Origin: Calditrichota bacterium
GTDB lineage: Bacteria; Calditrichota; Calditrichia; Calditrichales; J004
Assembly: GCA_024277115.1 (NCBI GenBank)
Contig: JAJRVW010000222.1
Span: 27,738 to 91,737, forward strand
Length of the DNA: 64,000 nucleotides
Reading direction: 5' to 3'
This document shows, one piece after another, positions 40,936-50,087 of this stretch (position 1 is the first letter of the stretch; every line of letters begins with the position of its first letter). The notes under the pieces are model-generated. The model did no database searches, was not told where the DNA came from, and saw only the letters and a program-made list of their open reading frames with translations. The position numbers and the translations under genes are program-made.

Positions 40936-41284
40936 TTTTTGAATTAATTGTCTCAATAAGTATATCCCGTTCGAAGGGCTTGTTTAATATAGTTGTATTT
41001 TGAGGTAAATTTTCCACCGCTATTTTTTCCTGCCCAAATGCAGAAACAACAATAATCGGGATTTGTGTATTTGTCTTCCGAACTTCCCTTGTTAAACTTA
41101 ATCCGTCCATCTCGGGCATTTGAATATCGGTCATCACCAAATCAAAAGTATCACGCTCAAAAGATTTAAGTGCAGAACGGCCATTCTTTGCAAAGGTAAT
41201 TTTAAAACCTTCGCCTCTCAGGAATAACTCGACCATTTTTTGAATATTTGGATCGTCGTCTACAAAAAGTATTTTATTTCCCAT
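40925..41284 (-). CDS. Single-domain CheY-like response regulator
   Basis: ILFVDDDPNI, LVMTDIQMPEMDG, IIVVSAFG, LNKPF. The 3' end overlaps the convergent Rrf2 gene by 11 nt. Confidence 0.85.
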   Translation of the reverse strand: MGNKILFVDDDPNIQKMVELFLRGEGFKITFAKNGRSALKSFERDTFDLVMTDIQMPEMDGLSLTREVRKTNTQIPIIVVSAFGQEKIAVENLPQNTTILNKPFERDILIETINSKIKF

Positions 41285-41451
41285 AATAATTGAAAAATCT
41301 TCCTTAACAATCCATCCCGTCCTTAGGCCTTTCCTATTCTTTTAGATTAACATGAGTTTGATATAAAATATTTTCAACAGAATAAATTTAGTGGAATTAC
41401 TGAAAACCCTATGTATACTTGATCATCGAACCCAGTATAGTTTAACTCTGT

Positions 41452-42066
41452 TTATTCCTGCAATGCAAGGTTTTCCAGAAAATGATCCAAAGTTGTAAAA
41501 AATTTGGCCAACGGAAAACCTACCACATTAGAATAGCTCCCGTTAATTTTATCTATCAGCATTGCTCCCTGCCCCTGGATGGCATACGCGCCGGCTTTAT
41601 CCATAGGCTCGCCCGTATTAACATAAGCCCATATTTCATCAGTATGAAGTGTACGCATCGTCACATCCGTTGTGCAGGTTTGGACAATCGTTTTATCATA
41701 TTTTAATAAAAACAAACCAAAAGCCGTATGTACCTGATGCGTTTTCCCGGACAACACCTCTAACATCTCAAAAGCATGCTGCTCATTTTCGGGCTTACCA
41801 AATGTTTTATTGCCGATTGTTACAATCGTATCAGCAGAAATCACCAAATGGCCGGGATATTTTTCAGCCACCTTTTGCCCCTTTTGCCGCGCAATTTCCT
41901 GTGTTAATAAAATTGGATCAGCATTCTTGACAGCCGCTTCGTCAACATCACTTGGAATAACCTTAAACTTTATCCCGGTACTATTTAATAGCTCAAACCG
42001 TCGTGGTGATGCGGATGCCAAAATAACATCCAAATGTTCCAGATTAGTAATAAGGGAAAAGATCAT
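41452..42066 (-). CDS. maf: Maf-like nucleoside triphosphate pyrophosphatase
   Basis: ILASASPRRFELL, ISADTIV, DKAGAYAIQG motifs. Confidence 0.88.
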   Translation of the reverse strand: MIFSLITNLEHLDVILASASPRRFELLNSTGIKFKVIPSDVDEAAVKNADPILLTQEIARQKGQKVAEKYPGHLVISADTIVTIGNKTFGKPENEQHAFEMLEVLSGKTHQVHTAFGLFLLKYDKTIVQTCTTDVTMRTLHTDEIWAYVNTGEPMDKAGAYAIQGQGAMLIDKINGSYSNVVGFPLAKFFTTLDHFLENLALQE

Positions 42067-42895
42067 GATGCGCTCCTATGTAAATTGCACAAAGTCCAAT
42101 AAACATATCTATTTTTAATAAAAAACTCACCTTACCAAGCCATGCAGGGTCGTTCTTAAACCACAGCAATACAGAAACAAAAAACAAGACGACGGCCACA
42201 CCCGGTAAGACGATATAAATATAATAAATATTAAATTGACTTAACACAAAAGGAGCAAATAAAAACAGGATTAATAGAAAAAAAATAACATTAATCAGCA
42301 TGATTGATTTTCTTTTCCCAAAATGCCCGGCAAAAGTTACAGCGCCCTTCGATAAATCACCTTGAACGTCTTGCAGGTCTTTTAAAATTTCACGCCCAAA
42401 ATGGAATAAAAAGGCGAAAACAGCCGGGACTATACCCGCCGCCCAATCACCAATCGCCGCCGCGCCAAAAATAAATGCAAGGCCGGAGACGAGGCTTACA
42501 ATAAAGTTCCCTGCCAAAATGGTCCGTTTAAAATAGGCGCTATAAAAGTAGAGTGTACATATTGAAAAAACGGCAATCGTGAAAAGAAATAAATCTTGCA
42601 GTACAATTATCAGCAGGGCAAAAATATTTATAACAAAATAAGCGCGCCAGGCATCTTTTAAAGATATTTTCCCGGAGGGCAAAATCCGTTTTGGCTTATT
42701 GATTGCATCAATTTCAATATCATAAATATCGTTAATCGTATTAGCGGCTCCTGTAATCAAACCGGCGGAAATAATTGCCAAAACCAGCATTTGCGAAAAC
42801 TGAAAATGAGGGGACAATGAAGCCGCAATCAACACAGAAATCCCGGCAATTAACACATTTAACGGGCGCATCAGTTTAATAATATTTACAACCAT
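42044..42895 (-). CDS. UbiA family prenyltransferase (DGGGP-synthase-like)
   Basis: About 8 TM helices. First Asp-rich motif NDIYDIEIDAINKPKRILPSG and second motif KDLQDVQGD. Confidence 0.8.
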   Translation of the reverse strand: MVVNIIKLMRPLNVLIAGISVLIAASLSPHFQFSQMLVLAIISAGLITGAANTINDIYDIEIDAINKPKRILPSGKISLKDAWRAYFVINIFALLIIVLQDLFLFTIAVFSICTLYFYSAYFKRTILAGNFIVSLVSGLAFIFGAAAIGDWAAGIVPAVFAFLFHFGREILKDLQDVQGDLSKGAVTFAGHFGKRKSIMLINVIFFLLILFLFAPFVLSQFNIYYIYIVLPGVAVVLFFVSVLLWFKNDPAWLGKVSFLLKIDMFIGLCAIYIGAHHDLFPYY

Positions 42896-43807
42896 TTATC
42901 CAATCCCCAGATGTACAAAGTCAATTTTTTCACCTGTGGCCACCCCAACCGGCATAAAAGGTGTATTAAATGCAAAACCGACCTCACCTTTTTTATCAAT
43001 TAGTATAATTCCACCATCACCGGCAACTCTGCTGCGCATATAATCCACTGCCCCGGATGCAGCCTTATGCGGAGCGTTTCCCAATTTAATCCGGTCGATG
43101 GCTTCACGCGCTAATTGCACTTTTAAAATTCCTTCGCCCCAACCGGTACACGCCACACCGGCAATCAAATCATCTGCAAAAAAACCGGCGCCAACAATTG
43201 GACAATCGCCCACGCGACCGGCCATTTTATAAGGCGTACCACCCGTCGAGGTACCTGCAACAATTTCGCCCCGGCTGTTAATTACAACCGCGCCCACCGT
43301 ATCCGATGGCTTTTTTGTCTCGAAAAATGACTTTATATTTACCTTGTCCTGCCCCGCTAATTTTTTAAACCGATTTTTTTCACGGCCAATTAACATGTCT
43401 TCAGTTTTTATAAACGCCACACCTTGTTCCTTCGCAAAACCCGATGCGCCTTTCCCCACCAAAAGCAGATGCTCTGTTTTAGTACGGACAAGATTGGCCA
43501 CCTCGATGGGATTCTGTACATTTTGGATTGCAGCCACGGCGCCAACGCTTAAATCCGAACCAACCATAATAGCTGCATCCATCTCGACCTCGCCCATTTT
43601 ATTTAAAAACGATCCTTTCCCGGCATCAAAAACAGGATTGTCCTCCAGGTTTTTTATAATAGCCAAAACCGCTTGAACAGGGTCATCCGTATTAAGTAAT
43701 ATTTTTTGACCAATTTTCAGGGCGGATTTTATACCGGAAAGGTGAGGTTGGTGTAATGGTTTTGGAATATCCCATGCCCCGCCGTGGATGATAATTTTAG
43801 GGACCAT
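42896..43807 (-). CDS. Isoaspartyl peptidase / L-asparaginase (Ntn hydrolase)
   Basis: HGGAWDIP, autoprocessing site DTVGAVV, TSTGG and GAGFFAD motifs. Confidence 0.88.
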   Translation of the reverse strand: MVPKIIIHGGAWDIPKPLHQPHLSGIKSALKIGQKILLNTDDPVQAVLAIIKNLEDNPVFDAGKGSFLNKMGEVEMDAAIMVGSDLSVGAVAAIQNVQNPIEVANLVRTKTEHLLLVGKGASGFAKEQGVAFIKTEDMLIGREKNRFKKLAGQDKVNIKSFFETKKPSDTVGAVVINSRGEIVAGTSTGGTPYKMAGRVGDCPIVGAGFFADDLIAGVACTGWGEGILKVQLAREAIDRIKLGNAPHKAASGAVDYMRSRVAGDGGIILIDKKGEVGFAFNTPFMPVGVATGEKIDFVHLGIG

Positions 43808-44555
43808 TTTTCTTGTTTTTTTGAGACGAAATTTTTTCCACCCGCTTTAATAAGGCCGACAATTTCTTTTGTACTTCTACAGAATTGGACGTATCATTTA
43901 AAGCCTTCTTAAACAACTTCGCCACTTTTTCGTTTTTTTGCGCGGGATAAAAAAAGATATTATCCTTGCCGGCATCGCGGGTTTTTATCAACCCTTTATC
44001 CGCGAGGGCAGCCAGCCGGGTTTGCAATTCTTTGGCAGAAGTTTCATCTTTTAACCCCTCAGAAAGATATAATCCATCGATGCGCTGCGGCGCTTTTGCC
44101 CAAAGTTTTTCCAAAATTAAAAACTGCCCATCCGGGATCAGATAATCTGTGGCTTTTAGTTCAAATAATTTATCGATTTCGAGTTGTTTGGCGGCAATAC
44201 TGGCAGCAAAAAACGCCATGGCCATAACCGGCGCAAAACTGTCTGAACGCGGCCTGCCCATCCCCTGATCAAGTTTATCCTGTACATTACGTGGCGTATA
44301 ATACGAGCTGGAACGTGTATCAACCTCAAACGGATTATTGGATGGCTTTGGCATAGAAATTACATTCTTGGGGATTGTTTTTTTTACAGGAAAAATGAGT
44401 TGCAGGGCAAGGGTATCTTTTTGTAAGAACAGCGTACTGTCAATCGATGCACGTTTAAGGGAATCTATTTTTGATGAATCAGCGAGAGAAATGTTTGTAG
44501 AATCCTGACCAAAAACGAAGGAAGCCGACAACAAAACTAAAATAAGGTTTTTCAT
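43797..44555 (-). CDS. Hypothetical secreted protein
   Basis: The internal ATG gives signal peptide MKNLILVLLSASFVFGQ. The longer listed ORF would overlap the gatB 3' end. No motif recognised. Confidence 0.5.
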   Translation of the reverse strand: MKNLILVLLSASFVFGQDSTNISLADSSKIDSLKRASIDSTLFLQKDTLALQLIFPVKKTIPKNVISMPKPSNNPFEVDTRSSSYYTPRNVQDKLDQGMGRPRSDSFAPVMAMAFFAASIAAKQLEIDKLFELKATDYLIPDGQFLILEKLWAKAPQRIDGLYLSEGLKDETSAKELQTRLAALADKGLIKTRDAGKDNIFFYPAQKNEKVAKLFKKALNDTSNSVEVQKKLSALLKRVEKISSQKNKKNGP

Positions 44556-44601
44556 AAATGCCCTTTCCCCCGGCCATTGTCTTGATTTTATTTTATACTT
44601 A

Positions 44602-46038
44602 TTACCCCAGCTTCTTGCGCAAAATCTCATTTGTTTGCCTTGGATCGGCCTTGCCTTTGGAAGCTTTCATTACTGAACCCACAAAAAAGCCAATAAGTTT
44701 CATTTCACCGTTTTTATAGCGTTCCACCTGTGCCGGATTTTCTGCAAGCACCTGGTCAATCAGCTTATCCAGCTCGCTGCTATCCGAGATTTGCGAGAGC
44801 CCTTCCTGCTCAATGATTTGCGCAACACTTAGGTCAGATTCGACCATTTTCTCAAAAACAGTTTTTGCCGCACTGCCGCTTATTGTTTTTTCTTCGATGG
44901 ACTTTAATAAATCGGATAACCTTGTCGGCGTAACACTAAGCTTGCCAATCTCAACTTTTTGTTGATTGACCAGGCGCATCACCTCGCCCATTATCCAGTT
45001 GCTTGCCAGTTTTGCATTGGCTACATTTTTAACGGTTGCCTCAAAATAGTCGGCCACCTCTTTGGACGCGGTCAATACCTCCGCATCATATTCGGGGATT
45101 TTATACTGCGACACAAAGCGGTTACTTTTTGCGTCAGGCAATTCGGGCAAGGCTTGATAAATGTCATCCAGCCAAAGTTGTTCAATTATTACCGGCACAA
45201 GATCGGGATCGGGGAAATAGCGATAATCATGCGAGTCTTCTTTACCACGCATGGATTTGGCCACATTTTTAACCGGGTCCCACAAAAGTGTTTCCTGTAA
45301 AATAGTTCCGCCATCCTCAAGGATATATTTTTGGCGTTTAATTTCATATTCCAAAGCACGTTCCACATTGCGGATGGAGTTCATATTTTTAAGCTCGGCT
45401 TTGGTACCAAGCTCTTTTTGTCCTACCGGACGCAGGCTGATATTGGCATCGCAGCGCAAACTGCCCTCGTCCATATTCCCATCACAAATGCCGAGGTAGC
45501 GCACAAGTTGACGTATTTTTGTAAGATAGGCGGCGGCTTCTTTGGGCGAGCGCATATCCGGCTCGCTTACAATCTCGATAAGCGGCGTACCACAACGGTT
45601 TAGGTCAATCAGCGTTTCATTTTTACTGACATAACTTTCATCATGTACAGATTTCCCTGCATCTTCTTCCATGTGGATGCGTGTAATGCCGATGCGTTTT
45701 TCCGTACCATCCACATTTATATCCAAATAGCCATGTTCGCAAATGGGCTCGTCAAACTGTGAAATTTGATACGCTTTGGGCGAATCGGGATAAAAATAGT
45801 TTTTACGGGCAAATGTATTTATACGGTTAATTTGCGAGTTTGTAGCAAAGCCCATTTTGATGGCATACTCGACCACCTTTTTATTGAGAACGGGCAATAC
45901 GCCGGGCATCCCCAGGCAAACCGGGCAAACCTGCGAATTGGGTTCGGCACCAAATTGCGTACTGCACCCGCAAAATATTTTTGAATTTGTTGAAAGTTGG
46001 GCGTGTACCTCAAGCCCAATTACGACTTCGTAGTTCAT
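44602..46038 (-). CDS. gatB: Asp/Glu-tRNA amidotransferase subunit B
   Basis: [19 protein letters not shown]...[12 protein letters not shown], and the C-terminal YqeY-like tail. Confidence 0.96.
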   Translation of the reverse strand: MNYEVVIGLEVHAQLSTNSKIFCGCSTQFGAEPNSQVCPVCLGMPGVLPVLNKKVVEYAIKMGFATNSQINRINTFARKNYFYPDSPKAYQISQFDEPICEHGYLDINVDGTEKRIGITRIHMEEDAGKSVHDESYVSKNETLIDLNRCGTPLIEIVSEPDMRSPKEAAAYLTKIRQLVRYLGICDGNMDEGSLRCDANISLRPVGQKELGTKAELKNMNSIRNVERALEYEIKRQKYILEDGGTILQETLLWDPVKNVAKSMRGKEDSHDYRYFPDPDLVPVIIEQLWLDDIYQALPELPDAKSNRFVSQYKIPEYDAEVLTASKEVADYFEATVKNVANAKLASNWIMGEVMRLVNQQKVEIGKLSVTPTRLSDLLKSIEEKTISGSAAKTVFEKMVESDLSVAQIIEQEGLSQISDSSELDKLIDQVLAENPAQVERYKNGEMKLIGFFVGSVMKASKGKADPRQTNEILRKKLG

Positions 46039-46207
46039 TTTAATCTCTTACATAAATAGATTTTATTTTTATTATCCTGCACAAATATAGAACAGACTGA
46101 TCAAATCCAATTAAAAACCATAGGGATAATTAAAGCTATAAATGATTTGCCCCTTTAAAATCGTGGGATTCAAAAAACAAATAATTAATGAATCGAGTAT
46201 AAACAAG

Positions 46208-46760
46208 TTCCCCCTTAACGAAGGGGGTTAGGGGGTTGTCCATTACTACTAGAAAGTCCATTTATTAGGGGCTTATCCTACTCCTCAGAGCTTCAATCTT
46301 ATCAGCTATAACTTGGAGTGTACCATCTATTTGTTTTATTACATAATGCCCGTCAAAACGGATTATTTCTAATCCAATCTCCCTCAAGATACTTTCTCTC
46401 TGCAAATCATATTTTTGTTTTCCATCGTGGGTAATTCCATCTATTTCAATTACCAGATGTAATTTGCTACAATAAAAATCAACTATATAATTATCAATGG
46501 GTTTTTGCCTTGTAAACTTACACCCAAGCAGCTGACTGTTTTTAAGATGTTTCCAAAGTAACCGTTCGCCGAATGTAGCATTCTTTCTTAGCTCTTTGGC
46601 ACGTTCTTTTAGTTTTGTATTATAGTAGATTTTCAATTGATGAATGAATTATTATTTATTTAAATACTTCTCAATTTCAAATTTAATTTTAAAATTGACC
46701 TTTCAAGATACTCCTTTACCGTCGTCTGACAACCCCCTAGCCCCCTTTGTTAAGGGGGAA
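46208..46760. mobile_element. DUF559 endonuclease cassette bounded by 33-bp inverted repeats
   Basis: ttcccccttaacgaagggggttagggggttgtc (46208..46240) matches the reverse complement of gacaaccccctagccccctttgttaagggggaa (46728..46760) at 31/33. Each arm contains its own ccccctt/aaggggg hairpin. The interior looks AT-rich relative to the flanks. Confidence 0.5.
46265..46636 (-). CDS. DUF559 (Vsr-like) endonuclease domain protein
   Basis: ERLLWKHLKNSQLLGCKFTRQKPIDNYIVDFYC...LVIEIDGITH...D..RESILREIGLEIIRF is the DUF559 pattern. Confidence 0.8.
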   Translation of the reverse strand: MKIYYNTKLKERAKELRKNATFGERLLWKHLKNSQLLGCKFTRQKPIDNYIVDFYCSKLHLVIEIDGITHDGKQKYDLQRESILREIGLEIIRFDGHYVIKQIDGTLQVIADKIEALRSRISP

Positions 46761-46770
46761 TTGATTCTTT

Positions 46771-48183
46771 TTATAATTTTTCTATAAAAGTGCCCAAATC
46801 AAAAAGGGCCTGCTCGTTAAAAGCCCTGGCCTGAAGCTGAAGCCCAAAAGGCATTCTGTTGGAATGCATCCCGGCAGGAATACTAATCCCGCAAATGCCG
46901 GCCAGGTTTGCCGAAACAGTATAAATATCCTGTAAATACATGGAAAGCGGGTCATCGGATTTCTCGCCAATCTTAAAAGCAGTGGTTGGCGTAGTTGGCG
47001 ATAAAATTACATCACATTTTTTGAAAGCCGTATCAAAATCATTTTTTAATAAACGACGGACCTGCTGTGCTTTTTTATAATAGGCATCGTAGTAGCCGGC
47101 AGAGAGCACATAAGTACCCAATAAAATACGCCGTTGTACCTCCTCACCAAATCCTTCGCTACGCGTTTTTTCATACATATCGGTCAAGCCCGTCCCTTCA
47201 TCGATACGCATACCATAATGCACCCCGTCAAAGCGAGAGAGATTGGACGACGCTTCGGCTGTGGCAATAATATAATAAATGGCGATGGCATATTCGGCCG
47301 TAGCAAGATCAATCTCCACAAGTTCCGCGCCCTTTTCTTTTAAGCGGTCGGTAATCTGTACTATCCGGGATTTAATTTCCGGATCGAGACCATCGGCAAA
47401 ATACTGTTTTGGGAGGCCAATTTTTAAACCGGTAACACTACTGTTTTTTTGATTAATATAATCGGGTACGGTAATATCCGCAGAAGTAGAATCCAACACA
47501 TCATGCCCGGCAATGGCATTTAACACAAAAGCCGTATCTTGGGTAAAATTGCCAAATATTCCAATCTGGTCCAGCGAAGACGCAAAAGCGACAAGCCCGT
47601 AACGGGATAATCGCCCATAAGAAGGTTTTAATCCCACTGTGCCTGTAAAAGAAGCAGGCTGCCTAACCGAACCACCCGTATCACTGCCCAGCGCTATATC
47701 AGCGCAACCCGTTGCAACCGCTACTGCCGAGCCGCCACTGGAACCACCAGGTACCATTTCCGGGTTATGGGGATTTTTAACCGGGCCAAAAGCTGAGTTT
47801 TCGTTGGAAGAGCCCATAGCAAACTCATCAAGATTGGTTTTTCCAATGATGAGGGCATCTTCGGTTTTCAGTTTTGTTACCACCGTTGCATTATACGGCG
47901 ATTTAAACTCACCAAGGATTTTACTTCCGCAAGTGGTGATTTCATCTTTAATATTTATGTTGTCTTTAATGGCAATAACCAAACCGGCCAGTGCGCCAAC
48001 CTTTTCACCGGCCTTAATTTTACGATCAATCTAGACTGCTTTTAAACGAGTTTTTTCCGGGAAGGTGTTTAAAAAAATATTTAAACATTTATTTTCTTCA
48101 ATCTTTTCAAAGCAATCATTTAGATGATTAACCGCCGAAAGTTTACCGTTTTTAATGGCCTGGACAATTTCTGTTGCCTGCAT
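46771..48183 (-). CDS. gatA: Asp/Glu-tRNA amidotransferase subunit A, with in-frame TAG at 48031..48033
   Basis: The listed ORF begins at an internal TTG (GLVIAIKDN). The same frame upstream reads MQATEIVQAIKNGKLSAVNHLNDCFEKIEENKCLNIFLNTFPEKTRLKAV*IDRKIKAGEKVGALAG from the ATG at 48181..48183. This is the normal GatA N-terminus. Amidase signature GGSSGGSAVAVA is present. Confidence 0.85.
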
Positions 48184-48187
48184 TCAT

Positions 48188-48412
48188 TTACTCGCTCTTA
48201 GGGGTATCATCTTCTTTTTTTGAATTATCGACCTTATCCTCTTTAAGCGGCGCATTAATATCCAACTCGCTCTGAATATCCTGCGAGGCCCGTTTAAACT
48301 CGTTAATCCCTTTGCCCAGACCTTTGGCCAGTTCCGGTAATTTTTTTGAACCAAAAACCAGGAGAATAATAAATAAGATCACCAGCAATTCTGTTGTTCC
48401 TATTCCAAACAT
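48188..48412 (-). CDS. tatA: Twin-arginine translocase TatA/E family protein
   Basis: MFGIGTTELLVILFIILLVFGSKKLPELAKGLGKGINEFKRA is the canonical TatA pattern. Confidence 0.88.
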   Translation of the reverse strand: MFGIGTTELLVILFIILLVFGSKKLPELAKGLGKGINEFKRASQDIQSELDINAPLKEDKVDNSKKEDDTPKSE

Positions 48413-48467
48413 TTTACACCACCTTTTTTATATTAAATTTATAGTCCGTTCTAAAAAAACCAATGCG

Positions 48468-48546
48468 GTCATTTCGAGTTGTTTTTATAACAAAGAATCC
48501 CATGTTTATAAGGTTAGATGGGATACTTCCCTTCGCTCAGCATGAC
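48468..48546. repeat. ~80-bp nested palindromic (REP/MITE-like) element between pssA and tatA
   Basis: Outer arms gtcatttcgag / ctcagcatgac (imperfect). Inner perfect hairpin atcccat (48497..48503) / atgggat (48518..48524). The 12-mer ctcagcatgaca recurs at 57802..57813. Confidence 0.5.
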
Positions 48547-48564
48547 AAACAGATGTCTCCCTTG

Positions 48565-49383
48565 TTAACCCTGATTTTCATCGTCTTTATTTTGCTGTTT
48601 GCTAACGGGCCGTTTGTTCTGATCCGTTTTATTGTGTGGCCTTTTACCCGATCGCTGAACACGTTTTTCTTTATATTTTTGACGTGTTTCTGTTGTCTTT
48701 ACAAATAATGAATTTACGAGGCCACCACCAAGATATAAGAGCATCGTAGGAAAAACCAGCAAATACGGAAATATTAAAATACCAATACCCAAAACAACCA
48801 GGAAAGCCAGAAATAATTTATGTTTTACATTTCCCTTTATGGATACCTTTGCCACACCATAGCGGACATTGCTTACCATTAAGAGTGAAACAAAAATTGT
48901 AAGCGCCATTAAAACCCGTGGAAATGGTTCACCATCAAAGTAATTTTCCACCAAAACGATATAACTGATAAGTGTGATCGCACCCGCTGGAATAGGCAAT
49001 CCGTTAAAATGGGTTTTGGTAAACCCGCTTAACTGCACATTAAAACGCGCCAGGCGGATACTGCCAAAAAGCAAGGGCATAAAACTGAATAAAAATCCGA
49101 CGTTATCAAGATGGATAAAATAATATTGATAAATAAGCACCGACGGCGCAACCCCGAAAGAAACAACATCAGCCAGGGAATCGTACTCCACACCAAATTT
49201 ACTGGAGGAATTAGTAATACGCGCCACCTTGCCATCGATGGCATCTAAAAAGGCAGCAAGTCCAATCATCCACGCGGCCATAATAAAATCTTGCTTAACC
49301 GCAAAAAACATGGACATATAACCGGCCAGCATATTACCAACCGTAAATGAGTTCGGTACGATCGAACGTGAAATCCGTATCAC
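48565..49383 (-). CDS. pssA: CDP-diacylglycerol--serine O-phosphatidyltransferase
   Basis: CDP-alcohol phosphatidyltransferase motif DAIDGKVARITNSSSKFGVEYDSLADVV. Multiple TM helices and a basic C-terminal tail. Confidence 0.88.
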   Translation of the reverse strand: MIRISRSIVPNSFTVGNMLAGYMSMFFAVKQDFIMAAWMIGLAAFLDAIDGKVARITNSSSKFGVEYDSLADVVSFGVAPSVLIYQYYFIHLDNVGFLFSFMPLLFGSIRLARFNVQLSGFTKTHFNGLPIPAGAITLISYIVLVENYFDGEPFPRVLMALTIFVSLLMVSNVRYGVAKVSIKGNVKHKLFLAFLVVLGIGILIFPYLLVFPTMLLYLGGGLVNSLFVKTTETRQKYKEKRVQRSGKRPHNKTDQNKRPVSKQQNKDDENQG

Positions 49384-50024
49384 TGATACTCCCCTATTAT
49401 TGTGACGCCACTTTTGACTTTCTCTTTCAATTTAACATTTATTTTTACAGAAAGGGGAAAATATAAATCCACCCGCGAGCCATATCGGATGAGGCCAAAA
49501 CGTTTGCCAACCGTGGCAATATCGCCCTGCTTTACATGATACACAATCCGCCTGGCAATGAGGCCGGCAATCTGCTTAAACATCAACTTCCCTTTTGCGG
49601 CATTAATCCCGATGATCGTCCGCTCATTCTCAACATCTGCTTCTTCGGCAAAGGCGGCCAAAAATTTGCCCGGCGCATAATTGACATAATCCACCTCGCC
49701 CGAGATAGGAAAGCGGTTAACATGTACATTAAATACAGACATAAAAATGGAGACACGTTGCACTTTTTCCTTAAAATATTCGTTTTCCTCAACTTCATCA
49801 ATTTTTATGATTGTGCCATCGGCAGGCGCGATTATTGCGTTTTCACTTGTTGGCGTATCCCTTTCCGGGTCACGAAAAAAGAAAAAGTGAAAAATAAAAA
49901 CGGCCATTATTACATCTGCCAAAATTAATAAAGCGGTAATTTCAAATGTGTACCCAAGTATTGCCACTATGGCAACAATTACACCCGTCCAGATAATTAT
50001 AGGAATTCCATCTTTTGCGATCAT
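49380..50024 (-). CDS. psd: Phosphatidylserine decarboxylase (short form)
   Basis: VHVNRFPISG and the self-cleavage-type motif YGSRVD. Overlaps pssA by 4 nt. Confidence 0.88.
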   Translation of the reverse strand: MIAKDGIPIIIWTGVIVAIVAILGYTFEITALLILADVIMAVFIFHFFFFRDPERDTPTSENAIIAPADGTIIKIDEVEENEYFKEKVQRVSIFMSVFNVHVNRFPISGEVDYVNYAPGKFLAAFAEEADVENERTIIGINAAKGKLMFKQIAGLIARRIVYHVKQGDIATVGKRFGLIRYGSRVDLYFPLSVKINVKLKEKVKSGVTIIGEYQ

Positions 50025-50087
50025 TAAAACCTCATTTATATAAAACTAATTTTCTTAATAAATACTAGGCATTTTCTTTTCCAATAT

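Noticed and set aside
41415-41440. tRNA-like T-loop (gggttcga on the minus strand) in the REC-maf spacer
   Set aside because: The flanking bases do not form a T-stem, acceptor stem or anticodon arm.
5136-48033. Genome-wide reassignment of TAG (or pyrrolysine-type decoding) as the explanation for the in-frame TAGs
   Set aside because: TAG clearly terminates several well-delimited genes in this window: queA, ccmB, 9170..9700, 9891..10562 and 17462..18667. One of the three interruptions is TAA, the dominant stop codon here.
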